From: an uncultured Acidimicrobiales bacterium
GTDB taxonomy: Bacteria; Actinomycetota; Acidimicrobiia; Acidimicrobiales; DATKAS01
Reading direction: 5' to 3'
Length of the DNA stretch: 64,000 nt
Assembly: GCA_963747215.1 (NCBI GenBank)
Contig: CAVVET010000040.1
Location: 47,572 to 111,571, forward strand
Part shown: one piece after another, positions 31,403 to 43,035 of the stretch
Layout: each line of letters opens with the position of its first letter
Position numbering within the stretch: position 1 is the first letter of the stretch
Program-made: the position numbers and the translations under genes
Notes under the pieces: generated by a model
Database searches by the model: none
Seen by the model: the letters and a program-made list of their open reading frames with translations, nothing else
Told to the model about the DNA's origin: nothing

Positions 31403-32975
31403 CCGTCGGCGGCGACGGCCTCGCACCGCTCCCGGAAGCGTGGGAACCCGCCCGTGTAGAGCAGCACCGAGCGCTCGCCGGTCGGCACGCTGGCCGATGT
31501 CTTCCCGGTGAACCACGACTCCACCTTCGAAAAGAGCATGCGCTCCGCGGCTTCGTGCACCTCGGCGGTCCACGCCTGTTGCGCCTCGGCCTCGACCGCG
31601 ACGCGGGTGAGGCCGAGGGCGGACATGTGGCCCAGCAAGTCGGCGACCCACTCGACGTTGTGCTCGATGCAACGAGGCATGTTGCAGAACGTCGCGGCGT
31701 TGTGGGGGCCGACAAGGATGAAGAGGTTCGGGAAGTCGGCGACGCCGATCCCGAGGAACGTCGCGGACCGTCCGTCCACGCGTCCACGAGACGAGCACCG
31801 CCCTCGCCTCGGATGTCGATCCGCTCGAACGGCCCCGTCACCGCGTCGAACCCCGTGGCGAGCACGACGATGTCGCAGTCGTGGTGGCCCGCCGTCGTGG
31901 TGATGCCCGACTCGGTCACCTCGACGATGGGCGTCTCGCGCAGGTCGACGAGCTCGACATGCGATTGGTTGAAGACCTCGTAGTAGCCGGACTCGAGCGG
32001 CACTCGCTTCGTGCCGAAGCCATGGTCGGTCGGGATGAGCTTCTCGGCGAGCGCCGGATCGTCGATGCGCTCGCGGATCTTGTGGGCCATGAACTCGCTC
32101 AACGTGGCGTTCGCTCGGGCATCGACGAGCACATCGCGGAAGTTGCCCATCCAGATGCCGAAGCCCCGCTGCGCGTAGAGCTCCTCGTAGAACGCAAGCC
32201 GCTCCTCGTCCGTCACCTCGAGCGCCTTGCGCCGGTCGGCGTCGTGGATGAACCCGCCGTAGGTGTTGCGGCAAAGCTCGAAGATGTTCGAGTAGTCGGC
32301 CCGGATCGAGGCTTGCGTGTCGTCGTCGATGGGACCGTTGCGCAATGGCGCGCACCAGTTGGGCGAGCGCTGGAGCACGGTGAGGTGCCCGACGGTCTTG
32401 GCGAGCTCAGGAATCGCCTGCACCGCTGTCGCGCCGGTGCCGATGATCGCGACGCGGCGCCCGGCGAGGTCGAGGGGGTCGCGAGGCCAATCGGACGTGT
32501 GGAAGCACGGTCCCCGGAATCGCTCGAGCCCGGCGATGTCGGGGACGTTCGGAATCGACAACGCGCCGACCGCCATCACCAGGAACCGGGCCGACGCGGT
32601 CGAACCGTCCTCGAGCTCGATGGTCCAGTCGCGACCGTCGTCATCCCACCGTGCTGCCAGCACGCGAGCGTCGAACGTGATGTCGCGGCGGAGGTCGAAC
32701 CGGTCGGCAACGTGCTGCAGGTACCTGAGCGTCTCCGGCTGTGGCGAGAAGTGCTCGCTCCAGTCCCACTCGGCGAGGAGCTCGGGCGAGAACGAATAGC
32801 CGTACGAGTAGCTCTCGCTGTCGAAGCGCGCGCCCGGGTAGCGGTTCCAGTACCAGGTGCCGCCGACATCCGAGCCCGCCTCGAAGATGTGCGCAGACAT
32901 GCCGAGCTCGCGCAGCCGGTGGAGCTGATACAGCCCAGAGACACCGGCCCCGATGATGATCGCGTCGTAGGTCAA
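31378..32975 (-). CDS. Baeyer-Villiger monooxygenase (cyclohexanone monooxygenase family; frameshift ~31780)
   Basis: GAGVSG, GGTWYWNRYPG, fingerprint FRGPCFHTSDWP, GTGATA, ATGFD. Confidence 0.93.
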
Positions 32976-32999
32976 GCAACGCGAACCGTACTGAACCTC

Positions 33000-34211
33000 T
33001 CAGCGATCGGCGGTGGCCGCCATGAGCGGGCCGAGATGCTCGGGCGAGAAGAACTCGACCGGCGACATGGTGCCGGCAACCATGCTCACGAAGTTCGACT
33101 GCGCGTCGGCGTTCCGACTCACGGCGAGCAACACTTGCTGCACGTCCGGGGGCGGCGCCTCCATCGTGGCGAGTTGGGTCGTGAACTCGTAGATCGGCAG
33201 CGCGTGTGCGTCCCGCGACATCTGGTGCTCGGCCATCGCGTCCTCGAACGTGCGAGCGCCGGTGAAGATCTCGTCCAGCGCCGTCGAGTACGCCTCCGCG
33301 TCGCGGAACGCGTCGCTGATCCCCTGGGCGGTGATCGGGTCCTTGTTGTAGCCCGCATCGCCGATGAGCCCCCAACCGGGCCCGTAGGGCTTGCGGAAGA
33401 AGTTCGGCACCGAGCCTCCGTGGAACCGGTCCTCTCTCTTTGCGCCCCGCACCCGGGCCGCGACCTCGGGGGCGAGCTCGAGCGTCTTGAGGTAGTTCGC
33501 CTCGACGTCGGCCTTGTACGCGTTCGCCTCGGCGTACGGCCAACCGAGAACGAGCAACGTGAGGTCGTCGTTCGTCGGCAGCATGGCCCAACCGCGGTCG
33601 GGCCGGATGTACGTCTCGAAGCCGCTTGTCGGGAGTCCGCTCCAGTACGTGTAGTAGCTCCACTGGAGCATGGGCTTCTCGTTGTACTGCTCGGGCTTCA
33701 CTGCCTTCGCGATGTGCGAGTTGCGCCCGTCGGCACCGACCACGACGCGCGCCCGCTCGACCACGCTGGCGCCGCCCGCATCCCGGCCACGGATCCCGAC
33801 GACCGCGCCGTCTTCCACGAGCACGTCCTCCACGGTGAACGCCTCGCGGACCTCGACCCCCGCGGCCGCGGCCGCGTCGACGAGGATCTTGTCGAGCACC
33901 GTTCGGCGGGGTGCGTAGGCAGTCGAGTTGCCGTCCGACGGCCGTGACGTGCCCGCGATCGTGAAGAAGTCGAAGTCGAACGAATACCCCTCGACCGCCG
34001 GGCACCCGGTCGCGAGCACCTCATCGAGGAGTCCCCACCGCTGCAACGCCGCCACGCCGGGGGCGTGGATGAGGTGGGTGGACAGCGTGTCGCTCGGGAA
34101 CGTGGCCCGATCGACGAGCAGCACCCGGTAGCCCTTGCGGGCCAAGAGCATGGCCGTGGGAGCTCCCGCACACCGGGCTCCCACGATGATGGCGTCGTAC
34201 GTGTTGGGCAT
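33000..34211 (-). CDS. FAD-dependent oxidoreductase (geranylgeranyl reductase-like)
   Basis: IVGARCAG, FPSDTLSTH, VVGADGRNS, LIGDAGYNKDPITAQGISDA. Confidence 0.9.
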   Translation of the reverse strand: MPNTYDAIIVGARCAGAPTAMLLARKGYRVLLVDRATFPSDTLSTHLIHAPGVAALQRWGLLDEVLATGCPAVEGYSFDFDFFTIAGTSRPSDGNSTAYAPRRTVLDKILVDAAAAAGVEVREAFTVEDVLVEDGAVVGIRGRDAGGASVVERARVVVGADGRNSHIAKAVKPEQYNEKPMLQWSYYTYWSGLPTSGFETYIRPDRGWAMLPTNDDLTLLVLGWPYAEANAYKADVEANYLKTLELAPEVAARVRGAKREDRFHGGSVPNFFRKPYGPGWGLIGDAGYNKDPITAQGISDAFRDAEAYSTALDEIFTGARTFEDAMAEHQMSRDAHALPIYEFTTQLATMEAPPPDVQQVLLAVSRNADAQSNFVSMVAGTMSPVEFFSPEHLGPLMAATADR

Positions 34212-34244
34212 GTCCACACGATGCACCTTCCAAAGGCGAGGGGG

Positions 34245-34262
34245 ATCGGGGAGGTCCCCTAT
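34245..34262. promoter_or_regulatory. Palindromic box upstream of the FAD oxidoreductase (putative LuxR site)
   Basis: ATCGGGGA-GG-TCCCCTAT, 18 bp with one mismatch, between the LuxR stop and the target promoter. Confidence 0.55.
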
Positions 34263-34270
34263 TCCGCCGC

Positions 34271-35912
34271 CTATTCGGGCTTCATGCGAGCCGAGTACGC
34301 GGCGGCCTCGGCCCGACTGCGAAGGCCGAGCTTGGCGAGGATGTTCCCGACGTGATGCTCGACGGTCTTTCGGCTGATGAAGAGCCGATCGGAGATCTCG
34401 GGATTCGAGAGACCGTGGCCCACGAGGACGAGTACTTCGTTCTCCCGCTTGGTCAGCACCGAACCGCTCGGCCGAGCGCTGGCCGGCCGAGCGCCGAGTG
34501 ATCGCAACATGGCCGCAGCGGCATCGACGTCGCGCGCCGCCTGCAGCTGCTCGAACGCGTCGAACGCGGCGCGCGCCTCGGCGAGGGCCACCTCGGGCCG
34601 GTCGTTCAGCAGCGCGCCGGCGAGCTCGAGCCGGCACCGCGCGACTTCCATCGGCGTCTGCGCGCGGGCGAAGCCGGCGAGGGCGTCGCGCAAGCAGTCC
34701 TGAGGGTCGCCGGTGCCGGACGCCAGGTACACCCGTCCCCGAGCCAGCGAGGCCACCGCGTGCAGATACTCGTTGCGATGACCCGCGGTGCATGCCGCGA
34801 GCTGATGTCACGGACTGTTCGGCACGAACCAGATCGCCTGACGCGAGATCCACATCGACCAGCAGGGTCAGCAGCGGAGCGGCTCCCGTGCTCGTCGCGT
34901 CGATCTGCGCCAACGCGCGCTCGAGGATGTCGCGGGCGCGCTCGGTCTCACCGCGACCAAGGCAGATCGCGGCGAGCGGCCGAGCGGCATCCGGATTGGT
35001 GTTCACGTCGAGCTCACTGAGGAGCTGCTCGCCTTCCTCGAAGCGGCCTTGGCGCACGCGCAGGTCGGCGAGCCTCACCACCGCGCCCTCGCGCAGGGCC
35101 GAGCGTCGGCCGAGTCCCCAGAGGCGAATGGCCTCGCTCAGCGTGGCGTCGGCCTCGGGCCAACGTCCCGCCGCCGTCAGCACGCCGCCGTAGTGCGTGC
35201 GGCAGAACGCGGTCACCACAGGCAGGTTCCGGCTCGACGCGATCGCATCGCCGATGCGGATCCACTGCTCCGCGCGGTTGACGTCGTGGGCATGCTCACA
35301 CGCGGAGAACAGCTGGCAGAACACCTCCTCCACGACGATGAAGTCGTCGACGTCGCCGCCCGCAACCGAGGCGAGCGCCTCGTCGAGCAGGATCATCCCC
35401 TCCTCCGTGCGGTCGGAGTGGACGAGGCTGGCGCCGAGGTACGCGAGCGTCGCGGACTCGAGGTCAGAGTCACGATGACGCCGTCCGATCTCGAGCGCCT
35501 CGCGGAAGCGTTCCTCCTTCACCGCGCGATCTCCCTCGAACATGCCGGCGTTCAACGAGACCCAGCCCGCCTGTGACGAGTCGGGAGCGTCGGCGAGCAA
35601 CGTCAGCGCGCGGCTCATCCACCCGCCTCCGATGGCCCAATCGCCGATGAACGATCCGTACATGTACGCCAGGGTGCGCGCGACCCGGATCGCGCCGAGT
35701 TCGTCCCCACTCGCCCGGTGCGCGGCGTACGCCCGTTCCCACTGGGCGATCGCCTCGGGGTACTCGAGGTCGAGATACGAAGCGACGGCGAGCACCTCGA
35801 CGACGTCGCCGTCGGATTCGCTGAGCGGCGCCACGGCGGCCCGTGCCGCCGCCGCATCACCCCGGCGGAGAGCGGTTCGCGCCGGTGCGATCAGAGGCTC
35901 GGGAACGGTCAC
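34271..35912 (-). CDS. Large LuxR-family regulator with helical/TPR region (frameshift ~34800)
   Basis: C-terminal LTKRENEVL...GLSNPEISDRLFISRKTVEHHVGNILAKLG; Ala-rich helical N-terminal region. Confidence 0.88.
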
Positions 35913-35933
35913 CGCCCCGATGCTCTCACCTCG

Positions 35934-36686
35934 TCAGGCCAGGTCGCGGACCGCGACGAGCTCGATGCCCCGCCGCTCGATGACCTTGCGCACCGCCGGA
36001 TCGCACAGCGCCTCCAGATCGGCGGCCCGAATCGGCACGGCCCATTCGGCGTTCGGCGCGTCCTCGGGCGTGATCGCCCGCAGCTCCGCTGATGCCACGG
36101 CCGGGTGGGAGAGCACGAAGTGGGTCCCCTCGCGGATCCGCTCGAGCCGATCGACGAACCACGCGGCGCGATCCTCGAGCGGCGCGAGGCTGAGAACGAT
36201 CAGTGACGTCCAGACGTGGTGTGGCTCGAGCGGGCGATAGATGAACTTCACGCCGAACCGCTCGCACATCGCGGTGTACGCCGGGATCACCGACACGCCC
36301 ATGTGTGGGTCGACGTACGTCAGCTCGAGACCGAGGCCGACGGCGCGATCGGCCTGCGTGTGCGCCTCCGCGATCGCCTCGCCGGGATCGGCAGTCGCGG
36401 CCTCCTCGACGGTGCGAAGGAACGTGCCATCCCCGGCGCGCAACGACGGAGCGGGGGAGAGCGGCGCCCATCGCAGGTAGTCCCACTCGCACGTGAAGGT
36501 GACGTGCAGACCGACCGGGAGGCCGATGCGCCTTGTCATCGCGGCGCCCTCGGCAAACCACGGTGTCGGCGCCATCACCGACGTCTGCGTGAGCACGCCC
36601 TCCGTTGCCGCGAGCTCCGTGCCCTCGTTGACGGCACGACACATCCCGAGGTCGTCGCCCTGCACCACCAACCGGATCTCGCTCAC
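35934..36686 (-). CDS. YdjC/ChbG-family deacetylase
   Basis: GDDLGM...VNEG, VGLH, DPHM, SHP motifs. Confidence 0.85.
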   Translation of the reverse strand: MSEIRLVVQGDDLGMCRAVNEGTELAATEGVLTQTSVMAPTPWFAEGAAMTRRIGLPVGLHVTFTCEWDYLRWAPLSPAPSLRAGDGTFLRTVEEAATADPGEAIAEAHTQADRAVGLGLELTYVDPHMGVSVIPAYTAMCERFGVKFIYRPLEPHHVWTSLIVLSLAPLEDRAAWFVDRLERIREGTHFVLSHPAVASAELRAITPEDAPNAEWAVPIRAADLEALCDPAVRKVIERRGIELVAVRDLA

Positions 36687-36706
36687 ACTCAATAGCGTAG
36701 GAAGCA

Positions 36707-37624
36707 ATGGACGTCGTGGTGGCCGTCTCCGGTCTGGTGAAGACGTTCGGCACGACCCGCGCGCTCGATGGTCTCGATCTCACCGTGCGGCAGGGCGAGG
36801 TGCACGGCTTCCTCGGACCGAACGGCTCCGGCAAAACGACGACGATCCGAGTGCTGCTCGGTCTGCTCCGTGCCGACGCCGGGTCGGTGCGTCTGCTCGA
36901 CGGCGATCCGTGGAGCGACGCGGTCGCGTTGCATCATCGCCTCGCGTACGTGCCCGGCGACGTCAGCCTGTGGCCAAAGCTGACCGGCGGCGAGACCATC
37001 GACCTGTTCGGGCGGTTGCGCGGCGACCTGGACTCCGCCCGTCGCGACGAGCTGATCGAGCGGTTCGAGCTCGACCCGACGAAGCGGGCGCGTACCTACT
37101 CGAAGGGCAACCGCCAGAAGGTGGCGCTGATCGCCGGACTCGCGTCGTCCGCCGAGCTCCTCATCCTCGACGAGCCGACGTCGGGGCTCGATCCGGTGAT
37201 GGAGGTCGTCTTCCAGTCCTGCATCCGAGAGGTCAGGACGGAGGGTCGCACGGTGCTGCTCTCGAGTCACATCCTCGCCGAGGTCGAGGCGCTGTGCGAC
37301 AGCGTCAGCATCATCCGCGCCGGCAAGACCGTGCAGACAGGGTCACTCGACGAGATGCGCACCCTCACGCGCACCGCAGTCGTCGCCGAGACCGCGAAGC
37401 CTCCGACCGGGCTGACAGACATCGCGGGCGTGCACGCGCTGCACGTCGACGGCTCGCGCGTCGAGTTCGACGTCGACACGCACCAGCTCCACGCGGCGAT
37501 GGCGCGCCTTCTCGAGGCGGGCCTGGTGAGCCTGCAGAGCAGCCCGCCGACTCTCGAAGAGATGTTCCTCCGTCACTATGGCGACGAGCTCGCGCGCGAC
37601 CTTCCCCAGGTCGATGAGTCGTGA
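36707..37624 (+). CDS. ABC exporter ATP-binding subunit (TnrB2-like)
   Basis: [34 protein letters not shown]. Confidence 0.93.
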   Translation: MDVVVAVSGLVKTFGTTRALDGLDLTVRQGEVHGFLGPNGSGKTTTIRVLLGLLRADAGSVRLLDGDPWSDAVALHHRLAYVPGDVSLWPKLTGGETIDLFGRLRGDLDSARRDELIERFELDPTKRARTYSKGNRQKVALIAGLASSAELLILDEPTSGLDPVMEVVFQSCIREVRTEGRTVLLSSHILAEVEALCDSVSIIRAGKTVQTGSLDEMRTLTRTAVVAETAKPPTGLTDIAGVHALHVDGSRVEFDVDTHQLHAAMARLLEAGLVSLQSSPPTLEEMFLRHYGDELARDLPQVDES

Positions 37625-39205
37625 TCGCATTCGCCGGAACGAGCCCGCTGACGCGGATGATCGCCAGGCGCGATCGAGTTCGGATCGGGGTGTGGGTCCT
37701 GTCGATCGTCGCCATGGTCGTCGTCAGCGCGGCGAGCACGATCGGCCTGTACCCGACCCAGGCTGACCTCGACAAGGCCGCCGCCGCATCGCGTGACAAC
37801 CCGGCCGCGCTCGTGTTCAACGGTCCCGACGTCGCGCTGGACACGATCGGGGGACAGGTCGCGTTCCAGGTCGGTGCGATCGGTCTGACCATCGTGGGTC
37901 TGATGAGCCTCCTGATGGTGAGCCGGTTGACTCGAGGTGAGGAAGACAGCGGCCGGCTCGAGCTCGTGCGGGCGATGCCCGTCGGTCGTCACGCGCCGAT
38001 CGCGGCCGCGGTGTGGGTCGTCTTGGCGATGAACGTCGCTGTCGGCACCCTCGTTGCGATCAGCCTCATTGCCCTCGAGCTCCCGACGATGGGCTCGTTG
38101 GTGCTGGGCGCGTCGTTCACCGCGCTCGGCCTCTTCTTCATCGGCGTCACGCTGGTCGCCGCTCAGGTGACCGAGAACCCTCGCGTCGTCTCCGGGATAG
38201 CCGGCGGGGTGCTCGGCCTCTCGTTCGTCGTGCGGGCGGTCGGAGACGTGGGCGACGGCACGCTCTCGTGGTTGTCTCCGATCGGCCTCGCCCAGAAGTC
38301 GCGTCCCTACGGCGGAGACCTGTGGTGGCCGTTGATCTTGTGCGTCGCACTGGCCGCGGCCCTTGCCGCGATAGGGGCGTCGTTCGCCACGCGGCGCGAC
38401 TTCGGCGCGGGGATGATCGCGCCGAGAGCGGGGCCCGCGTCGGCGTCGCCGTCGCTGGGAAGCCCCATCGGGCTCGCCGTGAGACTGCAACGTGGCGTCG
38501 TGTGGTGGTGGGCGGTCGGCGTCTTTCTGGCGGGCGTCGCGTACGGATCGATCGCCGACAGCATCGAGGACTTCATCGCCGACAGCCAGGCGCTCGAGGA
38601 CATCGTCGCTCGCGTCGGCGCAGCCACAGTCGTCGACGCCTACCTCGCGACGACGCTGCTGATCCTCGCGTTGCTCGCGAGCCGGATGTGGGGTGCAGGC
38701 CATGCAACGCCTGCGGTCAGAGGAGAGCGAGGGTCGCGCCGAACCCGTGCTGTCGACCCGCACCTCGCGGTGGCGTTGGGCCGGGAGCCACCTCGCGGTG
38801 GCGTACGGAGGAACGCTGCTCGTGCTCGCGGCCGGAGGGTTCGGCGCGGGCCTGGTCTATGGGCTGATCATCGGCGATCTCGGCCAGATCGGACGCCTGC
38901 TCGCCGCCGCACTTGCGTACGCACCGGCCGCCTGGCTGATCACCGCGATCGGCGTCGCGCTCTTCGGTCTCGCTCCCCGGTGGACGATGCTGGCGTGGGC
39001 GCCGTTGAGCCTGTGCTTCGTCATCGGGCTGCTGGGCGACTTGCTCGGCCTTCCGCAATGGCTCGAGGACCTGTCGCCGTTCGAACGCACACCCTCGGTG
39101 CCGGCGGTCGATCTCACGCTCGTGCCGCTCGCCGTGATGACGCTCATCGGAGCGGGCGTGACGTGGCTGGGTCTCGTGGGCTTGCAGCGCCGCGACGTCG
39201 GCTGA
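37621..39205 (+). CDS. ABC exporter permease (TnrB3-like polyether/antibiotic permease; frameshift ~38685)
   Basis: [51 protein letters not shown]; two-repeat architecture. Confidence 0.85.
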
Positions 39206-39234
39206 CCGGTACCGCCCGCCGCTACGGTCCGCCC

Positions 39235-40150
39235 ATGCGCATCGGATTGTCAGGTGGCGCTTCGAGCGTCGAGCGAATGGTGGAGCAGGCACAGCGCGCC
39301 GAGGCCGACGGGTTCTCGACGCTGTGGTACGCCAGCGCGGTCGGTGGGGATCCGCTGGTGGCGATCGCGTTCGCGGGCAAGGCCACCACGTCGATCGAGC
39401 TGGGGACGTCGGTGCTGCAGACCTACACCTGCCACCCGGTGCTCCAGGTCAATCGGGCCGCGTCGGTCGCCGCCGGCATGGGTCGTCCCGGCTTCATCCT
39501 CGGCCTCGGGCCATCCCACAAGCCGCCGATCGAGGACGTGTTCGGGCTCTCGTACGCGACGCCGGGACGTCACACCGAGGAGTACCTCCAGGTGCTGTCG
39601 CCCCTGCTCCGCGGGCAGGGGGTCGAGTTCCACGGCGAGGAGTTCGACGTCGGCGCTGCCCGGTCCCGTGTCGCCGCCGCCCTTCCCCGTGTCCGTGATG
39701 ATCTCCGCGCTCGCGCCGCGCATGCTGCGCGTCGCCGGGGAGCTCACCGACGGCACCATCCTCTGGATGGCCAACGCGCGCGCGGTCGAGACCCACGTGG
39801 CTCCTCGCATCAACGAGGCCGCGGCCGGCGCGGGGCGTGCCGCCCCCCGCATCGTCTGCGGGTTGCCGATCGCGGTCACCGATGACGAGGCCGAGGGACG
39901 CAACGTCGCGGCGCAGGTGTTCGCGGGCTACGGCGTGCTGGCGAACTACCGCCGCATCCTCGACATCGGCGGCGCTGATACGCCCGGCGATGCCGCGATC
40001 GTCGGCGACGAGGCCTCGGTGACGAAGCAGATCAATGCCCTTGCCGATGCGGGCGTGACCGACTTCTGGGCCGCTCCGTTCCCGGTCGGCGCCGACAAGA
40101 AGGCCAGCCGCCAACGCACCACCGACCTGCTGCGCACGCTCCTCGCCTGA
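39235..40150 (+). CDS. LLM-class F420-dependent oxidoreductase (frameshift ~39660)
   Basis: AEADGFSTLW, IELGTSV...HP, LGLGPSH, ALAPRMLRVAGELTDG. Confidence 0.88.
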
Positions 40151-40158
40151 CCCCCGAG

Positions 40159-40208
40159 CGTTCCTGCGCGACTTTCGCGTCATTCCTGACGCGTTATTCG
40201 CGCGAGAA
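40159..40208 (-). repeat. REP-like palindromic element, copy 1
   Basis: Reverse complement TTCTCGCG...ATAACGCGTCA-GGAA-TGACGCG...CAGGAACG resembles 44921-44969; lies between convergent genes. Confidence 0.7.
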
Positions 40209-40220
40209 GCCGGGGGTGGG

Positions 40221-41060
40221 TTACGAAGAGCGGAGGGCGTCGGCGAGGGGCTCGACGAGGCGAACCTCGTAGGGGCCGCGCATCGAGAAGATCGCGAGAT
40301 CGACACCGGCTTCGCCGAACGAGCGCGCCCGGTCCGCGAGGTCCTTCGGATCGGCGTCGGGCGGCCACATGATGTGGACCGACCGCTTGATCTCGCCCTG
40401 ATCCCGGCCGATCGCGTCGCAGTGCGACCGAAGCGTCGCGTCGAGCGTCTTCCACTCGTCGACGCCGGGCGCGCCCGCGACATCCCAGTGATCGGCCCAG
40501 CGGGCCACGGTGCGAAGCGTGCGCCTGGGTCCCTTGCCGCCGATCACGATCGGCAAGCGCGACTGGAGTGGCTTCGGGTTGCACCGCGCGTCAGTGAGCT
40601 CGTAGTAGTCGCCCTTGAAGTTCGTCACGTCGTTCGTGAGCAGCGAGGAGATCACTTCGACGCCCTCGTCGAACCGGTCGAACCGCTCCTTCAGCGTGCC
40701 CAGGCGGATGCCGTAGGCGTTCGACTCGGGTTCGAACCAGCCCGCCCCGAGACCGAGGCTGAACCTCCCTTGCGAGATGTGATCCACCGTCACCGCGGCG
40801 TTCGCCGTGACGGCCGGGTGCCGGTAGTGCATGCCGTTCACCATGCAGCCGAGCCGCAGCCGCGTCGTGACGGCCGCCAGGGCGGCGAGCATCGCCCAGC
40901 TCTCGAGGTGGGTGCCGTCCATCGGCGGGGTGAGCGGATAGAAGTGGTCCATCGTCCACGCCGACTCGAAGAGGTCGATGTCGTCGGCGGCCCTCCAGAC
41001 GTCGAGGAACTCCGGCCAGGTGCCGTGCTGCGGTGGGGTCTTGATGGCGAAGGCGACCAT
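40221..41060 (-). CDS. LLM-class F420-dependent oxidoreductase
   Basis: WTMDHFYP, LRLGCMV...YRHPA, LGLGAGW, IVIGGKG. Confidence 0.92.
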   Translation of the reverse strand: MVAFAIKTPPQHGTWPEFLDVWRAADDIDLFESAWTMDHFYPLTPPMDGTHLESWAMLAALAAVTTRLRLGCMVNGMHYRHPAVTANAAVTVDHISQGRFSLGLGAGWFEPESNAYGIRLGTLKERFDRFDEGVEVISSLLTNDVTNFKGDYYELTDARCNPKPLQSRLPIVIGGKGPRRTLRTVARWADHWDVAGAPGVDEWKTLDATLRSHCDAIGRDQGEIKRSVHIMWPPDADPKDLADRARSFGEAGVDLAIFSMRGPYEVRLVEPLADALRSS

Positions 41061-41127
41061 TCCCCGTACCATGTCACCTCAGCCAGAGCGCCGCAGGCGC
41101 ATCTCACACGGCCGGAGGGGACCGACC

Positions 41128-42939
41128 TTGTCGACTGACATCGATCCGACGACCAACGCACGCGCCTTCGATCCCGATGCGCTGCGCGAGAAGTACCGCC
41201 AGGAGCGCGACAAGCGCCTCCGGCCTGACGCGAACGACCAGTACGTGGAGATCGCAGGTCAGTTCGCGCACTATCTCGAAGATCCGTACGTCGAGCCGAT
41301 CGTGCGAGAACCGCTGACCGACGAGGTCGAGGTCGTGGTCATCGGCGGCGGCTTCGGCGGGCTGCTGGCGGGCGCACGTCTGCGCGAAGTCGGCGTCAAC
41401 GACATCCGGGTGATCGAGAAAGGCGGCGACTTCGGGGGCACGTGGTACTGGAACCGGTACCCGGGCGCGATGTGCGACGTCGAGTCCTACATCTACCTGC
41501 CGCTGCTCGAAGAGGTCGGGTACGTCCCCAAGGAGAAGTACACCCACGCCCCCGAGATCCTGTCGCACAGCCGGGCCATCGGCGAGCACTACGACCTCTA
41601 CGACAACGCGCTCTTCCAGACCGAGGTCACCGAGCTCCGCTGGGACGACGCCAGCGCGCGTTGGATCGTGAGCACCAACCGCAATGACCGCATCCGCGCC
41701 CACTACGTGTGCATGGCGAGCGGTCCGCTGCATCGGCCGAAGCTGCCCGGCATCCCGGGCATCACGGACTTCAAGGGCCACACGTTCCACACCAGCCGTT
41801 GGGACTACGGGTACACCGGCGGCGACAGCGACGGGAACCTCACGGGCCTGAACGGCAAGCGGGTGGGCATCATCGGCACGGGCGCGACCGCCGTGCAGTG
41901 CATCCCGCACCTCGGCGAAGCCGCCGATCAGCTGTACGTGTTCCAGCGCACTCCGTCGTCTATCGACGTGCGCGCGAATCGCCCGACTGACCCGGAGTGG
42001 GAGGCCAGCCTCGAGCCGGGCTGGCAGAAGCGGCGCATGGACAACTTCAACGCGCTGACGTCAGGTGGGTTCGAAGCCGAGGACCTCGTGATGGACGGGT
42101 GGACCGACATCATCGGCAAGCTGCTGATCCTGTTGCAGCAAAGCGCCAACGGCGAGATGACGGCCGAGAGCCTCGCCACCACGATGGAGATGGCGGACTT
42201 CGAGAAGATGGAGCAGATCCGCTCGCGCGTCGACGAGCTCATCGAGGATCCGGAGATCGCCGAGGCGCTCAAGCCGTACTACCGGCAGTTCTGCAAGCGC
42301 CCGTGCTTCCACGACGAGTACCTCGACACGTACAACCGTCCGAACGTCACGCTCGTCGATACCCAGGGCAAAGGTGTCGAGCGCATCACCGAGAAGGGTG
42401 TGGTCGCGAACGGCGTCGAGTACGAGGTCGACTGCATCATCTTCGCGACGGGCTTCGAGGTGGGCACCGAGTTCACGCGGCGCGCCGGCTGCGAGCTCTA
42501 CGGCCGCGACGGCCTCACGCTCACCGAGAAGTGGGCCGACGGCGCGTCGACGTTCCACGGCATGCACACGCGCGGGTTCCCGAACCTGTTCATCTTCAGC
42601 ATCTTGCAGTCGGGCTTCTCCGTGAACTTCCCGCACATGCTCGACGAACAAGCGCGACACATGGCGTACATCCTGAAGCACGCCGCTGAGAACGACGTCC
42701 GGCTCATCGAGACCTCACAGGAGGCCGAGGACAAGTGGGTCCAGACGATCCTCGACCTCGCGATCAGCCGCATGGACTTCCTCGAGTCGTGCACGCCGGG
42801 CTACTACAACAACGAAGGTCGCCCGAGCGAGCGCAGCAGTCGTGACGGCGTGTACGGCGGCGGGTCGATCGCTTTCACCCGGATGTGGGAGGACTGGCGC
42901 GCCAAGGGCGACCTCGAGGGTCTCGAGCTCACGCCGTAG
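41128..42939 (+). CDS. Baeyer-Villiger monooxygenase (PtlE/cyclododecanone monooxygenase-like)
   Basis: LREKYRQERDKR, GGGFGG, FKGHTFHTSRWDY fingerprint, CKRPCFHD, CTPGYYNNEG. Confidence 0.94.
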   Translation: MSTDIDPTTNARAFDPDALREKYRQERDKRLRPDANDQYVEIAGQFAHYLEDPYVEPIVREPLTDEVEVVVIGGGFGGLLAGARLREVGVNDIRVIEKGGDFGGTWYWNRYPGAMCDVESYIYLPLLEEVGYVPKEKYTHAPEILSHSRAIGEHYDLYDNALFQTEVTELRWDDASARWIVSTNRNDRIRAHYVCMASGPLHRPKLPGIPGITDFKGHTFHTSRWDYGYTGGDSDGNLTGLNGKRVGIIGTGATAVQCIPHLGEAADQLYVFQRTPSSIDVRANRPTDPEWEASLEPGWQKRRMDNFNALTSGGFEAEDLVMDGWTDIIGKLLILLQQSANGEMTAESLATTMEMADFEKMEQIRSRVDELIEDPEIAEALKPYYRQFCKRPCFHDEYLDTYNRPNVTLVDTQGKGVERITEKGVVANGVEYEVDCIIFATGFEVGTEFTRRAGCELYGRDGLTLTEKWADGASTFHGMHTRGFPNLFIFSILQSGFSVNFPHMLDEQARHMAYILKHAAENDVRLIETSQEAEDKWVQTILDLAISRMDFLESCTPGYYNNEGRPSERSSRDGVYGGGSIAFTRMWEDWRAKGDLEGLELTP

Positions 42940-42945
42940 CCCCCG

Positions 42946-42965
42946 GGCCACCGGCGGCGGTGGCC
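42946..42965 (+). terminator. GC-rich hairpin after the BVMO
   Basis: GGCCACCG-GCGG-CGGTGGCC perfect 8-bp stem; no U-tract. Confidence 0.45.
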
Positions 42966-43035
42966 GACGTCACGCGTTCACCGGAACCAAAGCCGGTGAC
43001 GCACTCGGGCGTGTCGGTCTAATCTGCGCGCACGA

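Noticed and set aside
33000-35912. 970-aa apparent TPR-FAD oxidoreductase fusion
   Set aside because: A frameshift near 34800 diverts the LuxR frame. The LuxR HTH with its own stop (34271) and a separate oxidoreductase start (34211) are both present.
37621-39885. 754-aa permease-LLM fusion
   Set aside because: The permease C-terminus is in another frame (38693-39205), and the LLM has its own promoter and ATG at 39235.
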